DNA of 64,000 bases, from positions 1,860,001 to 1,924,000 of the forward strand of contig JBLDXI010000017.1 in NCBI GenBank assembly GCA_047495785.1. The letters run 5' to 3'. This document shows, piece after piece, positions 35,399 to 47,067 of this stretch; the stretch's first letter is position 1, and each line of letters starts with the position of its first letter. Under the pieces are notes generated by a model, which saw only the letters and a program-made list of their open reading frames with translations, did no database searches and had not been told where the DNA came from. A program made the position numbers and the translations under genes. Origin of the DNA: Lepidodermella squamata (taxonomy: Eukaryota > Animalia > Gastrotricha).

Positions 35399-36384
35399 AA
35401 TATATTTCACACCTTCATTTTTGAGGTGGATCTTTTATACCATTGTTCCTGCTTTTTGATTACGATTTTTGTCAAACGGTGCAAAGACAAGCCGGCGGGC
35501 TTACCTATTATTTCATTCACAATTTTGCCCTCTGGATTACCACAGAATACGAGGCGTAAAGCCGAGATTATAGCTTAAGCGTATCTGGCCAACACATTTT
35601 GAACAACCTTAAGACGTCTATATCGTCACTCGAACCCAAACATTGCTACGTCATTGCTTGATAACAAGTCTATTCCAATTTTTCAAGACAATATATACAA
35701 AGTAGAACTAAACAGGCATTTTCGTTTCAATTTTCCCATTCACAACTCCGATGTAGAGGCAAAAATTGCGGGGCTTTTACGCGCGCTCTCACGCGCCTGA
35801 TTGAACTTTTAATTCATAAAACGCATTTATTTTGTTGTTGTTGCTATACCGGATTGTGCGTAGGGAAACCATAACAATTTTTCAACGCTCTCTATTATTA
35901 ATGGCGAAAAAGTGGGCGATTTCATATATATTGACCGCGCCGCGTTATACACATCGTGGTGGTTAAGATAACAATAATAACAATGTTATATATATATATT
36001 ACAACCAAACGTCGTCGTCGTCTATCGACATTCTGGAGGTGACGTATTTTTTTTTCGTAAAATTCACGCCAAGTTGGCGCGAGAGCAAACTCCGTTCAAG
36101 CGTGTAGGAGAGCGAGCCTCCCACGACGCGAGATGGCCACGCTGCTACATCATCATCAACATGTTGTTAAAATTAAACGAAAATCTCTTGTTTTTTGAAT
36201 AAGAAAAACGAGCCGATTAAAACACTCGCCGCTTACATATTTTTTGTGTCGCCGGGAATGATGTAAGGACCGCCCCGCGAGTAATTAGTGCCTCGTTGTC
36301 GTAATACCTGAACTTTTCGTGTTAAACCGCGATCTTTCTTTGTTTTAGACCGTGTCTTCTTCAAGTGTTAACATTTAAGACAAC

Positions 36385-37350
36385 ATGAAATTAGCAAAAC
36401 TCACAACGTTAATCACTGCCGCTATTCTGGCCCTGTGGTCAGACTCAGCTAAAGGTGAGCTAAATTTGAGTCATTATTTATCGATTTTTAATTAATTTTT
36501 TTAGCGATATCGTGTTATAATGGAAGCAATGTTATTATAAATGCGCCACCTAACGATGACGTAGAATTACCGCCCGATGCAGAGCTGCTTCATAATTGCG
36601 ATTATTGCACGGTAATAATTTTTAAATATTTTTTTGTCAAAAATTCATTTTTTTCTGCAGAGGACAAAAGGTATCAGAATCCAAGCGAATATCACGTTAA
36701 CGATTCACGAATGGCGATGTGGCATGCCTAAATTGACTTCTGCGACAATTTCATCGTCAACTGTCACATCGACTACAACCGCGACCTCAACTACGACGTC
36801 GGAACTACTGCGTTCTTTCAGCCCGAAATTAGTCGCCGCAGCCGCTGAACCTCGCGCTGTTGAGGCGAGAAAACCGGCTCGTTTACCAAATCGGTTATTG
36901 TCAACTACTACAACAGCAGCGACGACAACGCCGGATTACGACGAGGACCTTCCGCCGCCCATCCCGGAATCGGCGAAGATGATTCAGCCGAAAAGTTGCG
37001 CGGAGAGCCTGGAATTTTCTCAAGTTCCAGGGGCGGATTTTGATGACTTTGGTAAGTGCTTTTTTATTGCACCTAATCTCATCTCAGTCATTAGCATCTT
37101 CATATCATATCATTTTCGCACCTGTCGACCTTATCGCACTAATTTGTCATTATTATTTTGCTCTTTTTGATAGTGATGCAGACGTGCACGTGCTGCGTAT
37201 CCAAGTGCAACAGCGTATCAAAATGCGGCATTGTTTGGTTATCATTATTTGAATCTTTTAACTTTAAAAAGAAATGATAATGATATTAAGCTGGAATCTT
37301 CTCTGTCTAGTGTTTTTACCTGCAATATTTTATAGAGTTGTAAAACAGCA
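36385..37350 (+). CDS. Ly6/uPAR (three-finger/quiver-like) protein with a large S/T/P-rich insertion; last exon uncertain
   Basis: Signal MKLAKLTTLITAAILALWSDSAK, then ISCYNG...CDYCT...WRCG-[~95-aa mucin insert]-SC...QTCTCCVSKCN. A hydrophobic segment follows (possible GPI signal). Confidence 0.65.
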
Positions 37351-37873
37351 CGACGATTGTTCTATGTTTCGTTCAATTTTTATACTACTTGTTTGTAATA
37401 AGTCTGCTTGTCAAATTTTCACTTGTGCTCGACAAAAAACGCCGATTGAGAATAAAACAACCACAGGAAACATTATTATTGGGTGACTAAGTTTTGACTC
37501 ATCAAATAGGTCAAATTTGAGTCAAATGCGTGAGGGACAGAATCCTCTTTTTCGATGGTTCCTAATCAGACTTAGCTCAAAAATTTGTGCAATTCGAATC
37601 AAAGGTTGGCAACGTCATTTCTGATTTTCATAAAAAAAATTGAGAATTTTTCTATTTTAACCTGATTTTTGACAATTTTAAAGGTAATTTAATATTTGCA
37701 GTTAAATTATGACGCTCATTTGCATATGCATATTCAGACTTCATATTCTAACTTCGCAATTAAAGCCCTTTAATCAGGGCACATTTTTAAAGAGCACAAA
37801 ATACTCAATTTTTTTTAAGGTAGATATTAATTTTATTTTCAATTTCGATGTTTAACGAGAATATAATCGCCGT

Positions 37874-40800
37874 TCAGAAAAAGACTTGTGAACAAACAGA
37901 AGGTTTCAGCATGATGCTATCGACGGCGATAGAGCCGGCAATTGAATCCCCATTCAGCGCTTCAATGACGAAAACATAATTTTCCGATTCCAAAACTGTC
38001 AGTTTCGCCTCGTTCCACGCTGAAATAGAATTTCTCGATGAAGCCGAGTAAGAAGCGATCAAATGCTGATTAGCCGTGTTCGCCAAACTTCTGACGTAGA
38101 CATTCAGGGTTTCAGCGGGGAGGTCTCGAATCCAGGAATTGATCTTATACAAAAATCTGAAGCAAACAGCTTTACTGTTCGTAACTTGCCCGGATTTCAT
38201 GTAATTCACAGCTCGAATGGCCGGTTTCCGCGAATCATTCGCAAGATAACCGGTTGATATGAGGGCGAATTTTCCGTCTGAACCTCCTCGAACCGGCTCT
38301 ACGCTACTTATTCTCCAGTCAGGCGAGGTTTGCCATTGGCAGAAATCGCCGGATGAAAAATCGCAAGACGCAGCTGTTTCGGCTGTTAAACCCTGCTCAA
38401 CGTTTACCTCCAAGCCGCCTTCAATCGTTGAACACTCGCTGTTTGTCGACAAAATGACCTCATCAATCGCGATGAGTGTCTTCGGACCCCCACTGGTCGC
38501 GACAAACTTCAAGGCGAATTCAGAGCTCGAAATTGGAATGTTGACTTGAGACTGAATCCATTTGTTGTGCTCGGCATTGTTCGCTGAGATAGTTAACAGC
38601 GTTACGTCACTTCGATTCCGAAAGGCCATGTTAATCGAAAATTGCGAGTCATCAGGCGTTGAATCACCAAAGGAGTACCAGAAGGTCATACAACTAACCT
38701 CACCAGGCCGCAGATATTTCGATTGCAAGGCCGAAGTTTTGCCCTAATAGTTTTAAGGAGGATTATGTTGCAGTTTTTTTCAATCAATTCCTTACCTTGC
38801 GTCCTTCCTTAACAACAACGAGTTTCCCATTCAATGAATTCTCCGAGTGATCCATCATCAAGTTATCTTCTCCAGCCGAAGACTCCCAGCGGAAACTCGG
38901 ATCCAGAGACGGTATGAAAAACTGGACAGTATCAACGCAAAGCATGTTATCCTCGAAATCGCATCTCAATTTAACAACGGCACTTTTGGCAGAATCGTTT
39001 TTCGCAAATGAAAAACAACTATCTTTAGTCAGAAGAAAATCATCAATAGCGATTTCACTGTCGATCTCGCCAGTTGTGACTCCTTCAATTCGCAGTTTGT
39101 AGGCTTCGGTAAGACCGTCGATACTAGCAGTTGCTCTGAACCATTTCGCCTCTTTATTGCCAGTTGCTTCGAACAGAACCATTTCACCCTTTGGCTGAGA
39201 GATGGCCTTAATCACCAATCTGCCGACATTCAGGCCGTTCATTGAGTAAAACATGGTGAAACATCTGAAGCCAGAGTTGGCTGGTACAAATGCTTCAATA
39301 GTCGCCTCGCCCGCGTTTGAAATAGTCAAATAGGAGCCAGTAATCGATCCTGTACTATGGTCACCCGTCACGCCGTAATTCGAGCTGGTCGATGACCGGC
39401 CTGATGTAGTTTTCCAGCTTGCAGTGTTATTCACGGCTTTCCACTGGCAAAGTCCTCTTTCGAAATTGCATAAATTTGAGGATTGATTAGGGGTAGGATC
39501 AGGTCGTGGAGTTGCTGCAGCTGCAGGAGATTTTGGTCTAGGTACCCTGCCCTCGGCATACGTCTCTTCATCACTTTCATCGCACGGCAATGTAGAAAGC
39601 GAAACATCGTCTAAGGCCATACCAGCGTCTGCAACTTTCGCTGCGACTGTAGCGTTGAATTGAAGGTAATAGATAACAGAGTCCTCCGTACTGACTGACA
39701 CCAACACTTGCGTCCACGCTGAGTAAGGATCCGTCGTTACCTCGCCAGGGTCTTCCGAAGACCACAGGAGTTTATCTGAAGCAGCGGTATCAGTGCTAAG
39801 AAACAACTCGAGCTTGCCGACATTCTTCGAAGGGCTAACCATTCTGTACCAAAATGAGAAGCATTTGAAATCGTCCGCAGCCTTAATTCTGGCACTTGTC
39901 AAAGTCGCCCGATTGCGCAGTCGGTTCGGCATAGCAGCGGCATCTACGCTGATCAAAGTGTTTGCTCCAGATCCTGTGTGATCCGTGATTCCTTTAAGGC
40001 CACGTCGTTTCCATGGGAAGCCTAGATCGGCATTCGTCCAGCCGCAAGGGCCAGTCTCAAACCCGCAATCAACTGGGCTCAGCATACCGTTACGGGCCTC
40101 CTCAACTGTGCCTAGACTAACCTCAGACCAATCGATGATAAACCCACTTCCAGCTCCAGTTGCATCAGTGTTGAACAGAAGAAATGCTTGATTTCGGGTC
40201 GTTGTCACAGCTCGTAGAGGTCGTTTTGTACCACATGCTTGGAAAATTACTGGGGCTGCGTCGTTGATACCGTCGAAAATCGTCAGGGTATCCTTCTCGC
40301 AGGCAACGCTTGGTTCAACGTCCAGCAAACTTATCGTAAACTGAACGGCTTTACCCTGACCGACCTGTAGCTTCCATCCACAGTTCTCATTCGCTCGGTA
40401 CAAGCCATCCGCTCTTAGATAGTTTGCAATTGTACCAGAGCCTGAGCTAACATCGACGGTAGTTGAAGTTTTGCACGGTATGTTATCTTCCCGGTTGACA
40501 GGAGGTCGCACGGTAGCTGGTCGCGGCGTAGTCGGTCGGGGAGGGGGTGGAGTGAATCCTCCACAATACACGTTAGCTATCTTCTGGAAATCATTCGCAG
40601 TCGGTAAACTTTCCGGCAGACCGCCTAATACTTCATTCGGGTCGGTTTTAGACACCAATGTTTTCACCCCAGCACCAACTGATGATTCTTCATTGCCGAA
40701 GTGCATTACTGATTTCTTGTCATAAGGCACGCTAAGAAAGCGTCGATCGAACGCGGTGTAGATGTTGAAAAGGAGTTTTTGAGCTGGTACTATATTTTGC

Positions 40801-41786
40801 CAATTCACATTGATGAAGCTATCCCTATCCGGTCTTACGTGCTCATGCCTCAAGCCAAGGACGTGGAGCAAACTGTGAGCTAAAGTCGACGGGGTGAAGC
40901 ATTTATCTGCTAGTCGGACCCGCTGTTTATCGCCGATTTTACCGACATCTGCAATGCATCCGTCGTCAATTTTAACGAACTCGACGAAATCGTCATCGGA
41001 AGGCAGTCGTGGCCGGAAAAGAATGCAGCTCTTGATACTTATGCTGGCCATGACTGATTTCAACATTTGAATCTGGCTTTCTTCAAAGCCTGGGACTATC
41101 GTAAATGGGACGTTGCCGTTTCGCCACTGCATGTTTTCCGGCAGGCGTCGAACCATATCTGGCGCCGGAGCACTAACGACTGACAGCGCATCGCTATTTC
41201 CAGTTGCGCAGGATGAATTGAACAGTAAAATATCGTCAAGGGAAACGGAGCCAGTTCCGTCTAGCTCAACTTGGATTTCAAGCCTGACTTTTCGATCTGA
41301 GTCGATTTGAAGGGTTTGCAGCCTCCATTGACCTCTATTACCCGCCTCGCCAGTCACACTCCACTGAACTTGCCCAGTTCCAGTCGACTGGGGATACTGT
41401 AAAATTGTCAACTTTGAGTTGTCTCCAGATATTCTGTACAGAAATGACATGCAGATGGATCGAGTTGGTTTAGGAGGAGATGGCTCCAACTGCCGGCTCA
41501 TGTATCTAAGTCGGCCTGAGGCTCCATTTGGTGTTGTCAAGTAGCGAATGCTTGTTCTGTTTGTATCCGCTCTAACAAGCCGCAAGTCTTCAGCGATAAG
41601 GTTGAAGTTGAACGGGTTTCTCGGGTTGTTAGACCAGTCTCCTACAGCACACAGGTTCACGGTCTCTTCCTCAAAGTTGCATTCACTGAAAGGATATAGA
41701 TTAGCTGGCGGGTAAATCTCGGCTTCATTGGACCAGGTGATCAATAACAGGAATGCAATTGAAAGAAGGAGTAGCTTAAACATCAT
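37874..41786 (-). CDS. Signal + MAM + pseudo-astacin (Glu->Ser) + CUB + 4 MAM
   Basis: MFKLLLLSIAFLLLITWSNEA signal, CNFEE (MAM), HSLLHVLGLRHEHVRPDRD, SVMHF, CUB (NCGW...CEKDTLTIFDG...GFII), then CGFE/CNFE/CDFE/CDFS MAM starts. Single intron 38744-38795. Confidence 0.88.
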
Positions 41787-42013
41787 GTAATATGCTTCCC
41801 TAATATGATACAAAACATAGGTATGTGATTCGTGTTTTATTACTCTGTTTTGAGTCGAGAGGTAAAAAACGCTTTTACTATGTAGCAATGAAAAAAATGG
41901 CCGTGCGACATTCACGTTGAATCTTTAGGCTAGCTTGAATATCCGGTTTTGTCGGTGGAACGGCCCTCAGAGATAAAACACTATAATATTTTGAAGTAAA
42001 TAATGCGAGTTTA

Positions 42014-45000
42014 TTAGTTACAATCACCGGCCTTGACAATCAAGTCATCAATGGTTATTGATACAGAGTTAACATCCGGGCTTGACAACGTTTCCGCCCT
42101 AAAAGCAATTTCGTAACTGCTTGCCTCAAAAATGGTGATATTAATTGTCTTCCATGGCTGAGCCTTATTAGTGTCAGAAGCTGGCACAGCGTAACCTGCC
42201 AGAAGTCTTTGCTTTCCAAACTTGACTAAGTATACCATAAGGGAATCGCTCGGCAACATAGGAAGGGCTTTAGCCGTACTCCATAAACGATATTTGAAAG
42301 ATAAGCATGACTTCATCACTGCTCGATCGCGCACTTTGATCTCTGGACTGACTAGAAAAGACACCTTACCATTCCCTCCAGGATTTCCATCCGAAGTTTG
42401 GGTAATTTGGGCAGTGTTCTCAACGATTTTCCACAACCCAAATGCTTGCCAATCGCAAAATGAATTTCTGCTAAAATTGCAGGAGGTGAATGCATCGTTC
42501 GACCGTGCCGGATCATTTTCTTCGTGAAACACTGAGGTTTCGCAGCTTTCATCCAACCTCACGTCATCCAAAGCAATCAAAGTCCCTCGACCGCCTGATT
42601 TTGCTATCAATTCGAGCTTATAAGTCTCTCTGCGATTCATGTTGATCCCTGTCAGATCACGCTGAGTTCGCACCCAAGTATTTCGCTCAGGACTCATCTG
42701 AATCGGAACTGTAATCTCCGATATTCCTTCTCTATCAAGACTGAGTCTGATCATAAGCTCAGCTTCTCCCGGAGTCGAGTTGCCGATAAAATACCACATT
42801 GTAAGGCAACCATAATTCCCAAAGTGCTCAGTAAGAGACGATAAGTTTGCCAAATTTCCGCGTCGGCCGTGTCTCGCCACAGCAACATGACCATTGGTGG
42901 AATTAGTTGAGCGGTCGATCAGCTGCCCAGTCGAATCTTCCCAGCGAAATAGCCCGGATCTTACAGCCATGAATGACATCGATTGGTCACAAAGATCACC
43001 CCGTTCGAAGTCGCAATATACAGATTGAGGCGAACTTTGCGTGGGAGATGTTCGGCTCGACATTAGCGGCAGACAATCGCCTCGTTCGACCCGCAAATCA
43101 TCAATAGCGATGTCACTATCTTTCATAGGGCTTACAGCTGCTTGCAGGGTAAGAAAAAGACCCTCCTGTGAGCTCAAACTCAACAAAGCTCGCTGCCACT
43201 TCGGGCCCTGGTTATTGATCGTAGTAAACAGGGTCTTGGAAGAAAGGGCGGTTTTTACGGTGAGGGAGCCAACACTTTGGCCATACATGTTGTAGTAGAA
43301 CGATAAGCACTGTAATCCGGGGTTTATACTCAGATTCAGAGCCGCGAGTGAACTTGACGTTGACATCCGGCCGCTGACTTTCGAAAAGGCCAGGAGATAA
43401 CAGCCATCTGACGAGTTATTCCGGGTACCATTTACCCCAAAGTTTGAAGAAAGCGAAGATCGGCCAGTCTTAGGAAGCCAAAAGGATTCGCCAGTCATGT
43501 TGTTCGAAATAATGGGAGATTTAGCCCATGGACATTCAATTACAGGTATGGTTGTCGGTCGAGAAGAGGAGGGTACAACGGTTGTAGGTGATGTTTTCAG
43601 TTCAGTTTCGATGCAAGCGGATCTCGAAATTCCTATGTCATCGATCGCAATACCGGCGTTTGTCTGCTTCTTAGCAATGACCCCAGTAAAAAGCAACGAG
43701 TAAGTAGAGGAATCCAGCTGAGGATTGTTGAGGGCTACTTCAGCCCTTAACCAGGTTGATGAGTTATTGACGGGTGATGACCATAGAATGACATCTGAAT
43801 CTTCCTTGACCATTCGGAGCTCAAGTTGCCCGGGGTTGCCTTGCATTCGATACCAAAACCAGAAGCATTTGTACTCGTCAGTCATGCTTATTTTGCCGCT
43901 AAGTAGATGTGCCGAGCTGCCGCGTGACGCAGCATCCACGGCATCCAAGGAAACGTAAACACCTGATTGCGTTCCAGAGGTATGGTCATCCATTATCCCT
44001 TCAAGTTTCTTGCGTTTCCACTGCAACCTCGCGCTCGAGTTACGATTAGCCCAGTTGCAAAGAGTGCTTTCAAAGCTGCAGTCAAAAGGAAGACCTGTAG
44101 TCGTGTCATAAACTGATTTTTTGACACTCAATTCGAATCCTTTGCCAGCTCCGGATTCATCACTTGTGAAGACAATGAGGACTTGGCTGCCCGAAGAAAA
44201 AATGCTACCGGATGGGCGTCTGCTACCACATCCTCGAAATAGTTGGCTGGAACGAGTGGAAGCCCCGTCGTAAATAGTGAGGGAATCTTTCGAACACTGA
44301 GTAGAATTCGAATTCGCTGAAGAGAATTCAATATCCATAATCGAAATAGAAATATTGATTTTATCAGTTGTACTGGCAGATTGCACGAGCCAAGAACACT
44401 GTTGATCAGGCAAGTAGAATGCATCGTTCACTTCGGGGTTTCCTATCACAACTTGGCTTGAATCGAGACTTATTTTAGTTTCGGTGCGACAGGGTGGTGC
44501 GCCGTTCGGCTGTGTAGCAGAGACGTTCGTTTTCGGCACGGGAGGAGGCCTCGTTGCACCTTTGCAGTATAGTTTAGAAATTTTGTGAATGTCTGACGGC
44601 CGTGGTCCATCATTCAGATGGGGACCGATTGTTATTGAAGAATCGTTTAAAGCTTCAAGGCTGACTAATCCAGATGATTTGACTCGATCATCTTCGAAGA
44701 AGTGCATGACCTGTAGTTAAGGATAATACATGCATACAATAACCTCATATACTTTCAAAGCTCACCGATTTCACATCATAGCCAACTTCGAGAATCGCAG
44801 GGTTTTGCGGTATAATTTTAAACTCGTCTAAATACTCTTCCATAATATTATTCCAGAGTACTTTAACAAACTGATCGCGATCATTTCGAACCTGGTAATT
44901 GAGGAAAATATTTATTTACTTGGTATATCTAATTATCTTGAAACATACATGCTCATGATAAAGGCCAAGACAATGAAGCACCGCGTGGCTTAGTTCCGAG

Positions 45001-45884
45001 TAATAAAATCGGTTCTTAGGAAGTTCAATACTCTGCTTACCGCCTACACGGCCGACATCCGAGTAAGCGGATGAATCATTGATTTTGACAAACTCAACGT
45101 AGTCCACCTGAGCTGAATCTCCATTGGAGCGAGGTACAAATTTAACGCACGTCTTGAGAGAAATTTCATTCATAACTCGCATGATCATGCGTATTTGCCC
45201 ACTGTCGAATCCTGGCAAAATTATATAGGGTACTATTCCGTTGACCCACAAATCAGCGCCGGTTGACATGTCGATCTGTCTGATATTTCCGGCTGATCGC
45301 GGTGAGTCACTCACCGCGACCGAACAGGAAGAATTGTAAAGCGCTATGTCATCGAGGGATACGTAGCTAGATCCACCAGTAGTGCTGGCGACTATTTCCA
45401 GCCTCACTGAGTCGGTCAACGTTATTTGAATTATGTGGGATATCCACGTGTCTTGCAGGTGATTTGCTGCTTCCCAAACGATTCTACTTGCCCCTGAGGT
45501 TTGTTGATACTCAAGGATGGCCAGATGAGTCGAGCTTCCTGATAAAGAGTATAGAAAACTCAGGCAAAGCGCTCGAGCAGGTCCAGGTTGCGAGTTATCA
45601 AGCCAGTCTGTGGTCAACACTGCAGTACCCCTTGCCCCCGTCGGCGTTGATAGATACTGAATTTTGGATGTTGGGGTTTCATCATCGGGTCGGACATCTT
45701 CTGCTGTTGTAACAAAGCTAAAAGGGTTTGATGGCTTGTTCATCCAGAGCAAGCACGGGTGATCCCCGTCGTCGAAGCTGCATGCAGCAATAGGACTAAC
45801 CGAGTTAGGTGGGAATAGCTTCTCATTCCCGGAAACCGCCAAAAAGGCTACGAAGAAGGTCGAGATGAAAACTGGCCAGTTCAT
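42014..45884 (-). CDS. Signal + MAM + pseudo-astacin (Glu->Ala) + CUB + 4 MAM; paralogue of 37874-41786
   Basis: MNWPVFISTFFVAFLAVSG signal, HAVLHCLGLYHEH|VRNDRD, S|VMHF. Two short introns inside the astacin domain (~44892-44948 and ~44711-44766), then a single ~900-codon exon. Confidence 0.87.
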
Positions 45885-46084
45885 GTTTTATTATGCTCCA
45901 TCAAAGAGTTTAGGATCATATAAATTCGCGCTTATTCTGTTGTCTACTAGCAAAAAGAATAAACGTTTTTCCACGCATTTCTATTGCATTTCGTGTCATT
46001 ACATTGAGGCTGTAACAGCTACAGCAATGCTATCACGCCATTAATCTCAGCCATCTCTTTCCTTATTATAACGCAGTTTTTTAG

Positions 46085-46876
46085 TCATGCGCAGTATAGT
46101 TTAGATATTTTTTGAATGTCTGACGGCCGGGGTCCATCATTCACATGTGGGCCGAGATTTATTGAGGGATCTGGTAACCCATCTTTGTTTAAAGCTTCCA
46201 TGCTGACTAATCCAGGTGATTTGGCCAGATCATAATTGATGAAGTGCATGACCTGTAGTGAAGGATAATACATTTATGCAACAACGTTATGCTTTCGAAG
46301 CTCACCGATTTCACATCATAGCCAACTTCAAGAATTGCAGGGTTTTGCGGTATAATTTCAAACTCGTCTAAATATTCTTCCTTAATATTTTCCCATCGGA
46401 CTTTGATGAACTGATCGCGATCGTTTCGCTGCTAATTGAGGAAAATTATTTAGTAACTATTTATATCTAATTATCTCGAAACATACATGCTCATGATAAA
46501 GGCCCAGACAATGAAGCACCGCGTGACTTAGTTCCGAGTAATATAATCGGTCCTTAGGAAGTTCGATACTCTGCTTTCCGCCTACACGACCAATTTCCGA
46601 GTAAGCGGCTGAATCATTGGCTTTGACAAACTCAACGTAGTCCACCTGAGCTGAATCTCCATTGGAGCGAGGTACAAATTTAACGCACGTCTTGAGAGAA
46701 ATTTCTCTCATAACTCGCATGATCATGCGTATTTGCCCAGTGTCGAATCCTGGTAAAATTATGTATGGTACTATTCCGTTGACCCACAAATCAGCGCCGG
46801 TTGACATGTCGATCGGTCTGATATTTCCGGCTGAAAAGGCAACGAAGAAAGTCGAGGTGAAAACTGACAACTTCAT
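46085..46876 (-). CDS. Truncated duplicate: signal + pseudo-astacin only (intact frame; gene or young pseudogene)
   Basis: Near-identical to the astacin exons and introns of 42014-45884. The MAM is deleted in frame (FFVAF|SAGNIR) and the protein ends KLYCA*. Confidence 0.7.
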
Positions 46877-47067
46877 GTTTTATAATACTCCATTAAAACG
46901 TTTAGGACTCATAAGATTTCTTGTTTATTCTGTTGTCTGCCTGTAAATAAAACTCAGTTTTCCACGCATTTCTATTGCATTTCGTGTTATTGCAGTAAAA
47001 GCTACATCTGTGCTATGTTAAGCTCAGCCATTACTTTCTGTATTATAACGCAAACTAATGCAGTTTT

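Noticed and set aside
41787-41915. N-terminal extensions in the ORF track (also 19433-19489, 14676-14816, 10946-11002, 60581-60652)
   Set aside because: Downstream ATGs begin clear signal peptides, and most extensions start at GTG/TTG.
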